From a virus (taxonomy: Duplodnaviria > Caudoviricetes): a DNA stretch of 64,000 nt. This document shows positions 33,677-42,378 of this stretch, piece after piece. Each line of letters opens with the position of its first letter. Position 1 is the stretch's first letter. Below the pieces are notes generated by a model. That model did no database searches. It was not told the origin of the DNA and was given only the letters and a program-made list of their open reading frames with translations. The DNA is taken from IMG/VR virus record IMGVR_UViG_3300021399_000014, positions 2,566 through 66,565 of that record; one strand, given 5' to 3'. Position numbers and translations under genes: made by a program.

Positions 33677-34636
33677 ATGTACAACAGATGGACTTATAGT
33701 GACGAGTTGTACCATCATGGAGTTCTGGGACAGCGAAAAGGCAAACGTAATGGTCCTCCATATCCTCTTTACAGGCAGGAGCGATTCAAATCCCAACGCC
33801 CTGACGGTAGCCCTATCACGTCTAAAAAAGCCTATAAAAAGGCCATGCAGGTAGAGCGGGCTCAGAAAAAAGAGGAGCGCAGCAGTCACCCTAAAGGGAC
33901 AGCAGAGGACCGTAAAGAGCGAGACAGTGTAGCGGCAAGATTTAAGCGCGCTTATCGCCAGTATCGTAATGAACAAAAAGAGACAGTAGAGAGAAACAGA
34001 GTTCGTAAGGAAGCATATGATAAGGCTAAAGACCGCCTTGATAAGTCTTATCTTCCAGAGGATCGAAAAAAGAAGCTTCTCGAGGATACAAAGAACTGGA
34101 AAAGTAATGACGATAGCGCCAAGAAGATTAACGATGCTATCGACAAGTACGAAACAGAGGAGAGAGAAGCGGCTAAGTCCCATGGAACTGCTGAAGAGGT
34201 TATGAAGTTCCGAGAATCGTTTTCTAAAGACGAATGGAAGGAAATCGCAGATCGCCTTGAACAGGAAAACCGCGTTAGAAAACTTACATCGGACACGACT
34301 TCCGGTCAGCAGAATCAGAACAATAAAGGTGGCAATCAGCAAGGGACAAGCTTTGTACCTGAGAAGTTTAACGACAAGAAAACTCAGAAGATTTATGACC
34401 GAGGACGTGCTACTACTGTTTGGAAAAATAGAGACAAGTTTACACCCGAACAGCTAAACTCTATTGCCGCCAGAATCGAAGCGGAAGATAAAATAGCAAA
34501 ATACGCTAATAACTCCGTGGATCCCAAAGGCAACGCTGCTTTGAGATTTGAAAAAATAGTCGATATTCTTTCTACAATGGGGAAAGGAGCCGAGGCCATC
34601 AGCAAGATCAAGAAGCTATTCCCCGAGGACAAATAA
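33677..34636 (+). CDS. HHG-leader basic helical protein
   Basis: Leader ELYHHGVLGQRKG; K/R-rich; internal repeat G.A..V.K.R..F...E...I..R.E.E twice. Confidence 0.7.
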   Translation: MYNRWTYSDELYHHGVLGQRKGKRNGPPYPLYRQERFKSQRPDGSPITSKKAYKKAMQVERAQKKEERSSHPKGTAEDRKERDSVAARFKRAYRQYRNEQKETVERNRVRKEAYDKAKDRLDKSYLPEDRKKKLLEDTKNWKSNDDSAKKINDAIDKYETEEREAAKSHGTAEEVMKFRESFSKDEWKEIADRLEQENRVRKLTSDTTSGQQNQNNKGGNQQGTSFVPEKFNDKKTQKIYDRGRATTVWKNRDKFTPEQLNSIAARIEAEDKIAKYANNSVDPKGNAALRFEKIVDILSTMGKGAEAISKIKKLFPEDK

Positions 34637-36384
34637 TGAGCTTATCTAATACAGCGACGCCAAAGTATTACGGTATGTTCCGAGACAAGGTTCTTCGAGG
34701 TGAGATTCCAGTCTGTCGAGAGATTGAGATGCAGATGAACCTTATCGACAAGCTCATCGAAGACCCACAATACTATTACGATGACAAGGCCGTAGAAGGC
34801 TGGATTGCGTTTTGCGAGGAAGAGCTTACTCTTACTGACGGCGCGGATCTGCATCTACTGGATTCGTTTAAACTATGGGCTGAAGATGTATGGGGCTGGT
34901 ACTATTTTGTCGATAAGAAAGTCTGGAAACCAGGACTCCATGGTACAAAAGGACGCTATATTCATAAGCGAGTAAAGATGCGCTTACGCAACAAGCAGTA
35001 TCTTATCGTCGGACGAGGCGCTTCTAAATCCCTTTATGCCACATGTCATCAGGCTTTTGAACTTACCTGCGACGGCGCAACAACATATCAACTTACAACA
35101 GCCCCGACTATGAAGCAGGCTGATGAAATTCTGTCACCTTTCCGCACAGCTATCGTCCGTTCTAAAGGACCATATTTCCAATTCTTAACAGATGGCTCTC
35201 TCCAGAACACAACTGGTTCTAAAGCCAATCGAGTACGTCTCACCTCAACCAAAAAAGGCATTGAAAATTTCATGACGGGGTCTCTTCTTGAGATTCGTCC
35301 TATGTCTATACCGAAGCTTCAGGGAATGAGACCGAAGATGGCAACAGTTGACGAATGGCTTTCTGGCGATATTCGAGAAGATCCTATAGGTGCTATCGAA
35401 CAGGGCGCGGCTAAGGTTAAGGATTGGCTTATTATAGCCACAAGCTCAGAGGGAACAATACGAAACGGCTGTGGCGATACCATCAAACTGGAGCTGATGA
35501 AAATTCTCAAGGGGGATTACGTCAACCCGCATGTATCGATTTGGTGGTATAAACTTGACGATATTTCGGAAGTAGCCGATCCAGATATGTGGATAAAAGC
35601 TAATCCGAATCTCGGCATAACGGTGTCATATGAAACATATCAGACCGAAGTCGAAAGAGCCGAGAATGCTCCAGCGGCTAGAAACGATATTCTGGCTAAA
35701 AGATTCGGTCTGCCTATGGAAGGATATACTATATTCTTCACATATGACGAGATACAACGCCATAAGCGCAAAAGAGATTATTGGCAAATGGCTTGTGCTA
35801 TGGGCGCTGACTTATCACAGGGCGATGACTTCTGTGCATTTACTTTTATGTTCCCTCTCCCCGGCGGCAAGTATGGTATTAAGACAAGAAGTTATATCTC
35901 TGATCTTACTTATCATAACTTGCCGCTTGCTATGCGCCTCAAATACGATGAATTCCAGAAAGAAGGAAGCTTGGTCGTAATGGAAGGCGCTGTTCTTGAT
36001 TTAAACGACGTCTACGATGACTTAGACGCATATATTCAGGAACACGAGTACGACGTCAGATGCTTTGGCTATGACCCGTACAATGCTAAAGAATTTGTCA
36101 ATCGATGGGAGCTTGAAAACGGTCCTTTCGGTATTGTCAAAGTTATACAGGGTTCCAGAACAGAGTCTGTTCCCCTTGGCGAGTTGAAGAAGCTTGCTGG
36201 GGAGCGGATGCTTTTGTTTGACGAGGCCCTGATGGAGTTTGCGATGGGTAACTGTGTAACTATCGAAGACACTAACGGAAACCGCAAACTCCTTAAGATG
36301 CACCGTGAACAAAAAATCGACAATGTGTCTGCAATGATGGACGCTTTTGTCGCTTACAAACTGAATAAGGATGCTTTTGAATAA
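34636..36384 (+). CDS. terL: Terminase large subunit
   Basis: Walker A-like VGRGASKS, Walker B ATVDEW, nuclease GADLS..DDF, C-terminal KIDNVSAMMDA. Confidence 0.9.
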   Translation: MSLSNTATPKYYGMFRDKVLRGEIPVCREIEMQMNLIDKLIEDPQYYYDDKAVEGWIAFCEEELTLTDGADLHLLDSFKLWAEDVWGWYYFVDKKVWKPGLHGTKGRYIHKRVKMRLRNKQYLIVGRGASKSLYATCHQAFELTCDGATTYQLTTAPTMKQADEILSPFRTAIVRSKGPYFQFLTDGSLQNTTGSKANRVRLTSTKKGIENFMTGSLLEIRPMSIPKLQGMRPKMATVDEWLSGDIREDPIGAIEQGAAKVKDWLIIATSSEGTIRNGCGDTIKLELMKILKGDYVNPHVSIWWYKLDDISEVADPDMWIKANPNLGITVSYETYQTEVERAENAPAARNDILAKRFGLPMEGYTIFFTYDEIQRHKRKRDYWQMACAMGADLSQGDDFCAFTFMFPLPGGKYGIKTRSYISDLTYHNLPLAMRLKYDEFQKEGSLVVMEGAVLDLNDVYDDLDAYIQEHEYDVRCFGYDPYNAKEFVNRWELENGPFGIVKVIQGSRTESVPLGELKKLAGERMLLFDEALMEFAMGNCVTIEDTNGNRKLLKMHREQKIDNVSAMMDAFVAYKLNKDAFE

Positions 36385-36396
36385 ACGGAGGTAATA

Positions 36397-37680
36397 ATGC
36401 CAACGATAATGCAACGCATCCAGCACGCCTGGAACGCATTCAGAAACCCTAGGGACCCGACTTATACAAGTATTGGACCGTCATACTCATACAGACCTGA
36501 TCGGTTCCATTTTACCAGAGGCAACGAACGCTCAATTGTGACTACTGTATTCAACCGAATTGCTGTAGACGCGGCAGCGGTTGGTATCGAACACGTAAAG
36601 CTTGATCAAAATGGAAGATATAAAGACACATTAGCGACCGGACTTAATACGTGTTTGACGCTTAGCGCTAACGAGGATCAGACAGGACGAAGTTTTATAC
36701 AGGATGTAGTCCACTCGATGTTTGACGAGGGATGTGTCGCGATTGTTCCGGTTGTTACCGACTCCGATCCTCTATTTACGCAGACATACGATGTATACAG
36801 CGTGAGGACCGGAAAAATTGTCCAGTGGTATCCGCATCATGTAAAAGTGCGAGTATACAACGAAGATACTGGGCAGCAGCAGGACGTACTGTTACCCAAA
36901 TCTATGGTTTGTATCATAGAAAACCCATTCTATGCGATCATGAACGAACCGAACAGTACGCTTCAAAGACTCATCAGAAAATTGAATCTTCTGGACTATG
37001 TTGATGAACAGTCTTCGTCCGGAAAGATCGATCTTATCATACAGCTACCGTACGTCATTAAGTCTGATGCTCGTAAGAGACAGGCCGAAGAGAGACGTCA
37101 AGCCATCGAAGACCAGTTGGCCGGATCCAAATACGGTATCGCTTACACCGATGGCACTGAGAAAGTTACCCAGCTCAACCGATCAATAGAAAACAATATA
37201 TGGACCGAAGTCAAGGACCTGCAAGCCATGCTGTACAATCAGTTAGGCATTACTGAAGCGGTTTTGAATGGTACTGCGGACGAACAGACGATGATTAATT
37301 ATTACAACAATACCATCGAACCTATTCTGTCTGCGATTGCTCTGGAAATTCAGCGCAAATTCCTTACCCCGAATGCTCGGACAAGAGGACAGGCCATCCG
37401 TTTCTATAGAGACGCATTCAAACTCGTATCTGCAACAACGTTTGCTGAGCTCGCAGACAAGCTTACCAGAAACGAGATTGCTACGTCTAACGAACTTAGG
37501 ACATCTATTGGCTGGAAACCGTCCGACGACCCCAAAGCAGATATGTTAATCAATGCAAACCTCAATCATACAAACGAGGACCTCGGACTTGGTGTAGTTG
37601 GTAACAATGAAGGTAGCAGAGTACAGTCCATCGTTGACCGTTTTCGCGATCAGCCATTAGGACGACGAACAACTAAATAG
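36397..37680 (+). CDS. Portal protein
   Basis: Follows terL; 427 aa; NRIAVD...GCVAIVP...IENPFYA...YYNNTIEPI HK97-like portal pattern. Confidence 0.85.
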   Translation: MPTIMQRIQHAWNAFRNPRDPTYTSIGPSYSYRPDRFHFTRGNERSIVTTVFNRIAVDAAAVGIEHVKLDQNGRYKDTLATGLNTCLTLSANEDQTGRSFIQDVVHSMFDEGCVAIVPVVTDSDPLFTQTYDVYSVRTGKIVQWYPHHVKVRVYNEDTGQQQDVLLPKSMVCIIENPFYAIMNEPNSTLQRLIRKLNLLDYVDEQSSSGKIDLIIQLPYVIKSDARKRQAEERRQAIEDQLAGSKYGIAYTDGTEKVTQLNRSIENNIWTEVKDLQAMLYNQLGITEAVLNGTADEQTMINYYNNTIEPILSAIALEIQRKFLTPNARTRGQAIRFYRDAFKLVSATTFAELADKLTRNEIATSNELRTSIGWKPSDDPKADMLINANLNHTNEDLGLGVVGNNEGSRVQSIVDRFRDQPLGRRTTK

Positions 37681-37694
37681 AGGAGATGATCAAA

Positions 37695-39524
37695 ATGGTG
37701 AAAAATTACGATTTTCGTGGCTGGGCCACACGTAATGATTTGCTATGCGCCGACGGCAGGACGATCAGGAAAGACGCTTTTAAGGAGTGCGATGGAAAGA
37801 AAGTACCACTTGTATACAACCATCAGCGGTCCAGCGTTCATGACGTTCTTGGCCACGCTATTCTGGAGAATAATCCGGAGGGCGTAATAGCATATGGTTA
37901 TTTCAATGACACAGAAGAGGGTCGAAACGCTAAAGCAAAAGTTCTGCACGGCGATATCGACTCTCTTTCTATTTGGGCAAATCAGCTCAAACAGGTCGGC
38001 GGAGACGTTCTACACGGCGTTATCAGAGAAGTCAGTCTCGTGCTCGCTGGCGCAAATCCCGGAGCTTTTATCGACGACGTGATCTCTCATGCTGGATCTG
38101 AGTATTTCGAAGGCGAGATTTTCACAGGCGAATCCATCGAGCTGTATCACGCCGACGACGAGGAAGACAGCAAGACCGATGGCAAAGACGCCGAGGACAG
38201 CGCGCCTAAAACTATCGGAGCCGTTCTGGACACTATGAATGATGAACAGAAAGAGGCTGTCTTGCAACTGATCGGACTCGTAACCGAAGACCAGGGAGCC
38301 GACGAGGACGACGATAAAAACGACAAAGACGAAGCTCCCGATAAAACTGAAAATTCCGAAGGAGGAAAAACTATGAAGCACAACATCTTTGACCAGGCTT
38401 CTGGCGGTGTGTACGCTGGTGCGCCTGTTGACGCCCTTACAATGAATGCGATTAAAGAAGACGCTAAGAGACTTGGCTCCATGAGAGCTGCCGTTAAGTC
38501 CAGGATCGAGAGCGGCGAACTCACTCATGCTCTGACCGTCCCTATGGATGGCATGGAAGGCCCCTCTGCCGAGACAGCAGATCAGACTTACGGTTTCCGT
38601 GATCCCGATATGCTCTTCCCTGAGTATAAGAGTCTGAACACCCCGCCCGAATGGATCAAGAGAGATACCGGCTGGGTGAGCACTTTCCTGAACGGCGCTC
38701 ATCATACACCCTTCTCCCGCATCAAGTCTATGTTCGCTGACCTTACAGAGGACGAGGCTCGTGCAAGAGGTTACATCAAGGGCAAGCTGAAGAAAGAGCA
38801 GGTCTTCACTCTGCTGAAGAGAACTACTGATCCTCAGACTGTTTACAAAAAGCAGAAGATCGACAGAGATGACACTATCGACATCGTTGATTTCGACGTC
38901 GTTGCATGGATCAAGGGCGAGATGAGAGGTCAGCTGGATGAGGAGATTGCAAGAGCAGGTCTTATCGGCGACGGCAGACTCGCTTCTTCCGACGACAAGA
39001 TCCAGGAAGCTCACATCAGACCTATTGCTACAGATGTTCCGCTCTTCACTATCCGTTCTGAGGTTGATCCCGGCAAGAACGAGCAGGAGATGGCTAAGAA
39101 CTTCATCGTTGCTGCTATCAGAGCGCGCAAAGATTACAAGGGTTCCGGCAATCCGATTCTCTTCACTACCGAGGATATGCTCACTTCCATGCTGCTGATC
39201 GAGGACGGTATCGGCCACTTCCTGTATGCTTCCGAGCAGGAACTTTGCACCAGACTTCGTGTCAGAAGCATTGTTACTGTTGAGGTTATGGAAGGCTTCC
39301 ATGTCGACACTACAGACGGCGATCAGTCCACCGGCGTTGAGCTTCTGGGTCTTATTGTCAATCCTGCGGACTACACCTACGGTGCTGACAAGGGCGGTGC
39401 AGTCAACATGTTCGACGACTTCGATATCGACTACAACCAGATGAAGTATCTGATCGAGACCAGATGCTCCGGCGCGCTGACCAAGCCTTTCAGCGCAATC
39501 AGATTCACTAAGAAGGCTGCCTGA
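37695..39524 (+). CDS. Prohead protease - scaffold - major capsid fusion
   Basis: N-terminal HK97 protease (YNHQ...LGHA...LSIWAN...EVSLVLAGANPGA), acidic linker, C-terminal capsid domain. Confidence 0.85.
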   Translation: MVKNYDFRGWATRNDLLCADGRTIRKDAFKECDGKKVPLVYNHQRSSVHDVLGHAILENNPEGVIAYGYFNDTEEGRNAKAKVLHGDIDSLSIWANQLKQVGGDVLHGVIREVSLVLAGANPGAFIDDVISHAGSEYFEGEIFTGESIELYHADDEEDSKTDGKDAEDSAPKTIGAVLDTMNDEQKEAVLQLIGLVTEDQGADEDDDKNDKDEAPDKTENSEGGKTMKHNIFDQASGGVYAGAPVDALTMNAIKEDAKRLGSMRAAVKSRIESGELTHALTVPMDGMEGPSAETADQTYGFRDPDMLFPEYKSLNTPPEWIKRDTGWVSTFLNGAHHTPFSRIKSMFADLTEDEARARGYIKGKLKKEQVFTLLKRTTDPQTVYKKQKIDRDDTIDIVDFDVVAWIKGEMRGQLDEEIARAGLIGDGRLASSDDKIQEAHIRPIATDVPLFTIRSEVDPGKNEQEMAKNFIVAAIRARKDYKGSGNPILFTTEDMLTSMLLIEDGIGHFLYASEQELCTRLRVRSIVTVEVMEGFHVDTTDGDQSTGVELLGLIVNPADYTYGADKGGAVNMFDDFDIDYNQMKYLIETRCSGALTKPFSAIRFTKKAA

Positions 39525-39545
39525 TCAAAATGAAAGGATTCGGCA

Positions 39546-39866
39546 ATGAAATTTTATGATGACGTTATGTTCTCTATGCCTAATGAAATCCGTCCTGGAG
39601 TCTGGGGTCCGGATAGAGTAATCGTAAAAAAGTATCCAGGCGACATGAACCGGATGATATCCAAATGGACGCGTGACGGTGACAAGGTAAACGAGGACAA
39701 GCGCGTAAACAATCAGCTGAAAATCATTGCCGATGAATTTCTCGACATGAACTGGACGCGTATACGAAGCATTAGATACAAGGGGGTCGAATGGGCTGTT
39801 AACACGGTTACATACGAACCCCCTCATTTAATTCTGGAAATCGGAGAAATCTACAATGGTGCGTGA
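39546..39866 (+). CDS. Head-tail adaptor / head closure protein
   Basis: Position after the capsid gene; size 106 aa. Confidence 0.55.
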   Translation: MKFYDDVMFSMPNEIRPGVWGPDRVIVKKYPGDMNRMISKWTRDGDKVNEDKRVNNQLKIIADEFLDMNWTRIRSIRYKGVEWAVNTVTYEPPHLILEIGEIYNGA

Positions 39867-40176
39867 GAGAAGAAGACTAGAGCTTCACGAGAAACTTTGC
39901 GAGCTCCTTGGTAGCAGATATGTGTACTACCAGCCGCCCGACAACGTTCAAATGCATTATCCGTGCATAGTATATCACCCAAATCCGGCAGAGGATCGCT
40001 ATGCCGATAACCGGAGGTATCTTGTCTACTATTCCTACAATGTCCAAATCATTGCTCACGATCCTGAATACCCGTTATTCGATTCATTTCCGGACAACTT
40101 TATGCACTGCACCGAAAACGCTCCCCGGTTCGAAAAAGACAACCTTAACCACACCAACTACAAACTCTACTACTAG
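39856..40176 (+). CDS. Tail terminator-like protein
   Basis: VYYQPP...MHYPCIVY pattern; precedes the major tail gene. Confidence 0.6.
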   Translation: MVRERRRLELHEKLCELLGSRYVYYQPPDNVQMHYPCIVYHPNPAEDRYADNRRYLVYYSYNVQIIAHDPEYPLFDSFPDNFMHCTENAPRFEKDNLNHTNYKLYY

Positions 40177-40188
40177 GAGGATAAATAT

Positions 40189-40872
40189 ATGCTTACATGG
40201 GATGACAGCGGAAAACATCTTTATGAAACCGGTATCGACCATATGGTCCTTTATCTGCCCGACGAGAATGGTGACTACACTGACGGCGTAGCCTGGAATG
40301 GTATTACCGCCTTCACTGAGGCACCTTCTGGAGCAGACTCCAACCCGATTTATGCTGACAATATCAAGTACCTCGATCTGAGAGCTGCTGAGGAATTCGG
40401 TGCTACCCTTGAGTGCCTGTTCACTCCTGCCGAATTCGCTGCTTGCGATGGCGTTAAGGAGATTGCTCCCGGCATCTACGTAAACCTGCAGTCTCGTTCT
40501 GCGTTCGGCCTGTCTTACAGAACGCTGGTCGGCAATGAGATCAAACAGAACGATTACGGCTACAGGCTGCACCTTCTCTACAATGCTACGGCATCTCCGT
40601 CCGAGAAGAATTACAACACGGTCAACGACAGCCCTGAGACGTCCAACCTGAGTTACGAGCTTACAACAACTCCCGTTGCGGCTCCTGGTCTGAAGAACAC
40701 CGCTCTGATCACTATCGATTCTACGATCGTAGCTAAGGAGAAGCTGAAAGCTCTGGAGGACGTTCTGTACGGCGCAGGCGAGAACACGAAGGCCCGTCTG
40801 CCCAAGCCCCAGGAAGTATTTACTCTGCTTGGCCTTACACAGGGCTCTGACGGCACATGGCAGGCTGCCTGA
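40189..40872 (+). CDS. Major tail protein
   Basis: LTWDDSGKHLYETGIDH...GVAWNG...YADNIKY pattern; strong terminator downstream. Confidence 0.8.
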   Translation: MLTWDDSGKHLYETGIDHMVLYLPDENGDYTDGVAWNGITAFTEAPSGADSNPIYADNIKYLDLRAAEEFGATLECLFTPAEFAACDGVKEIAPGIYVNLQSRSAFGLSYRTLVGNEIKQNDYGYRLHLLYNATASPSEKNYNTVNDSPETSNLSYELTTTPVAAPGLKNTALITIDSTIVAKEKLKALEDVLYGAGENTKARLPKPQEVFTLLGLTQGSDGTWQAA

Positions 40873-40891
40873 TCAAAATGATCGAACATAT

Positions 40892-40923
40892 GAGGCTCTA
40901 GCTAAGCGCTGGGGCCTCCTTTA
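40892..40923 (+). terminator. Intrinsic terminator
   Basis: GAGGCTC...GGGGCCTC stem followed by T-run. Confidence 0.6.
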
Positions 40924-40940
40924 TCTGAAAGGAGACAAAT

Positions 40941-41378
40941 ATGCTTAGAAAGATGATTACCTACACAGACTATAATGGTCAGACCAGAACGGAGGCTTTT
41001 TACTTCAATCTGTCCAAAGCCGAGCTTGTTGAGATGCAGATGACCACAGACGGTGGTATGGATCGTTTTCTGCAGAGAATCGCTGAGACAAAGGACAACC
41101 GCGATCTGTTCAATCTCTTTAAGACCATGATCGAGAAATCCTATGGCGAGAAAACAGTAGACGGTAAGCGGTTTGTTAAGTCTCCAGAGCTCTCCAAGGC
41201 TTTCATGGAGACCGAGGCTTACACAGAACTGCTTCTGGAGCTCATGGGCGATGATTCGGCAAATAAGGTCGCTGAATTTGTAAAGGGAATTATGCCTCTT
41301 GACGGAGTACCGGAAGAAGAGATCGAGAAAGTTATGAAGGAAGCCACAGCCGATGTGATTCCGATTCCTGCACCGTAA
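40941..41378 (+). CDS. Tail assembly chaperone
   Basis: Position after the major tail gene; ITYTDYNG...FYFNLSKAEL. Confidence 0.65.
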   Translation: MLRKMITYTDYNGQTRTEAFYFNLSKAELVEMQMTTDGGMDRFLQRIAETKDNRDLFNLFKTMIEKSYGEKTVDGKRFVKSPELSKAFMETEAYTELLLELMGDDSANKVAEFVKGIMPLDGVPEEEIEKVMKEATADVIPIPAP

Positions 41379-41383
41379 TTGCT

Positions 41384-41953
41384 ATGCCTATAAAAATTTT
41401 CGTTCCCGAATGCGAGCTATTTGATCCGACTACGGAAGAATTCTATACGGTTAAGCCGGTAACGCTTATTATGGAGCACTCCCTTATTTCGGTTTCGAAA
41501 TGGGAAGAAACATGGAAAGTCCCTTTTATCGAAGGCCCAAACCCAAAGTCTAAGAAAAAGACAACTACCATGTGGAACGACTATTATCGCTGTATGGTAA
41601 TCAGCCCGAAAGAGGTCGACCCCAAGGTTTTCAGTGCAATTCCGGCTAAAGAAAGGCGACGCATTGACTCTTACATATCGGAGCAGCGAACCGCATCCTA
41701 CGTTAGCGACGACGGTAAAAAAGGAGGCGCAGGAGAACAGATCACGTCTGAACTCATTTACTTCTGGATGATAAATTACAACGTTCCGGAAAGCTTCGAA
41801 AAGTGGCATTTGAGCCGACTGCTGATGCTTATTCGGATCTGTCAGAGAAAGACGGCTACTCCTAACAAAAAGAGCACCAAGGATAAGAGTCTTGAGTACG
41901 CCCGGATTAGTGCGGCGAGAAGAAAAGCGGCAGCGGCAAAGAGGAAGACATAG
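41384..41953 (+). CDS. Tail assembly chaperone 2 (GT-like)
   Basis: EHSLISVSKWE...ITSELIYFWMI...EKWHLSRLLMLI; position. Confidence 0.55.
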   Translation: MPIKIFVPECELFDPTTEEFYTVKPVTLIMEHSLISVSKWEETWKVPFIEGPNPKSKKKTTTMWNDYYRCMVISPKEVDPKVFSAIPAKERRRIDSYISEQRTASYVSDDGKKGGAGEQITSELIYFWMINYNVPESFEKWHLSRLLMLIRICQRKTATPNKKSTKDKSLEYARISAARRKAAAAKRKT

Positions 41954-41955
41954 TT

Positions 41956-42378
41956 ATGGCACAGATGAGAATACTTCAGGGAGAAGTAAAAGGCGATTTT
42001 CGCAAGACTGATACGTGGCTTCGAAAACTATTAAAACTTGATGTTCAAAATGTATTGAATAAATACGGAAAAATAGGAGTCGAAGCGCTAAGTCGGGCTA
42101 CGCCTAAGGAGACAGGTAGAACGGCTGCTTCTTGGACTTACACCACCAAAGTTAACAGAGGTCCTAACGGGATTACTGGCGCTACCATTACGTGGAGTAA
42201 TACCAATACAACAAGCAGCAATTCTACAAAGAATATCCCGATCGTAATTCTCATTGAATGCGGACATGGAACTAGAAACGGCGGATACGTACCTCCAAAT
42301 CCATTTGTTGGAGATACGTTGAAGCCGATTTTTGATGATATAGCTAAGTCCTTGTGGAAGGAGGTGAAAAGTCTATGA
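41956..42378 (+). CDS. HK97 gp10-like neck/tail component
   Basis: ATPKETGRTAASW...LIECGHGTRNGGYVPPNPF. Confidence 0.7.
   Translation: MAQMRILQGEVKGDFRKTDTWLRKLLKLDVQNVLNKYGKIGVEALSRATPKETGRTAASWTYTTKVNRGPNGITGATITWSNTNTTSSNSTKNIPIVILIECGHGTRNGGYVPPNPFVGDTLKPIFDDIAKSLWKEVKSL

Noticed and set aside
20384-36384. Inteins or self-splicing introns in polymerase, helicase, RNAP or terminase
   Set aside because: The ORFs are continuous and of expected size, with no C/S...HN-C/S/T junctions or homing endonuclease insertions noticed.
38010-39302. Long minus-strand ORFs (also 2245..3114, 58691..59479, 33656..34342, 5494..5910 and others)
   Set aside because: They lie antisense to well-supported + strand genes, lack an RBS and recognisable motifs, and are explained by codon bias or repeats.
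41340-41400. Programmed -1 frameshift between the two tail chaperone genes
   Set aside because: No XXXYYYZ slippery heptamer near the end of 40941..41378; the second ORF has its own ATG 5 nt after the stop.
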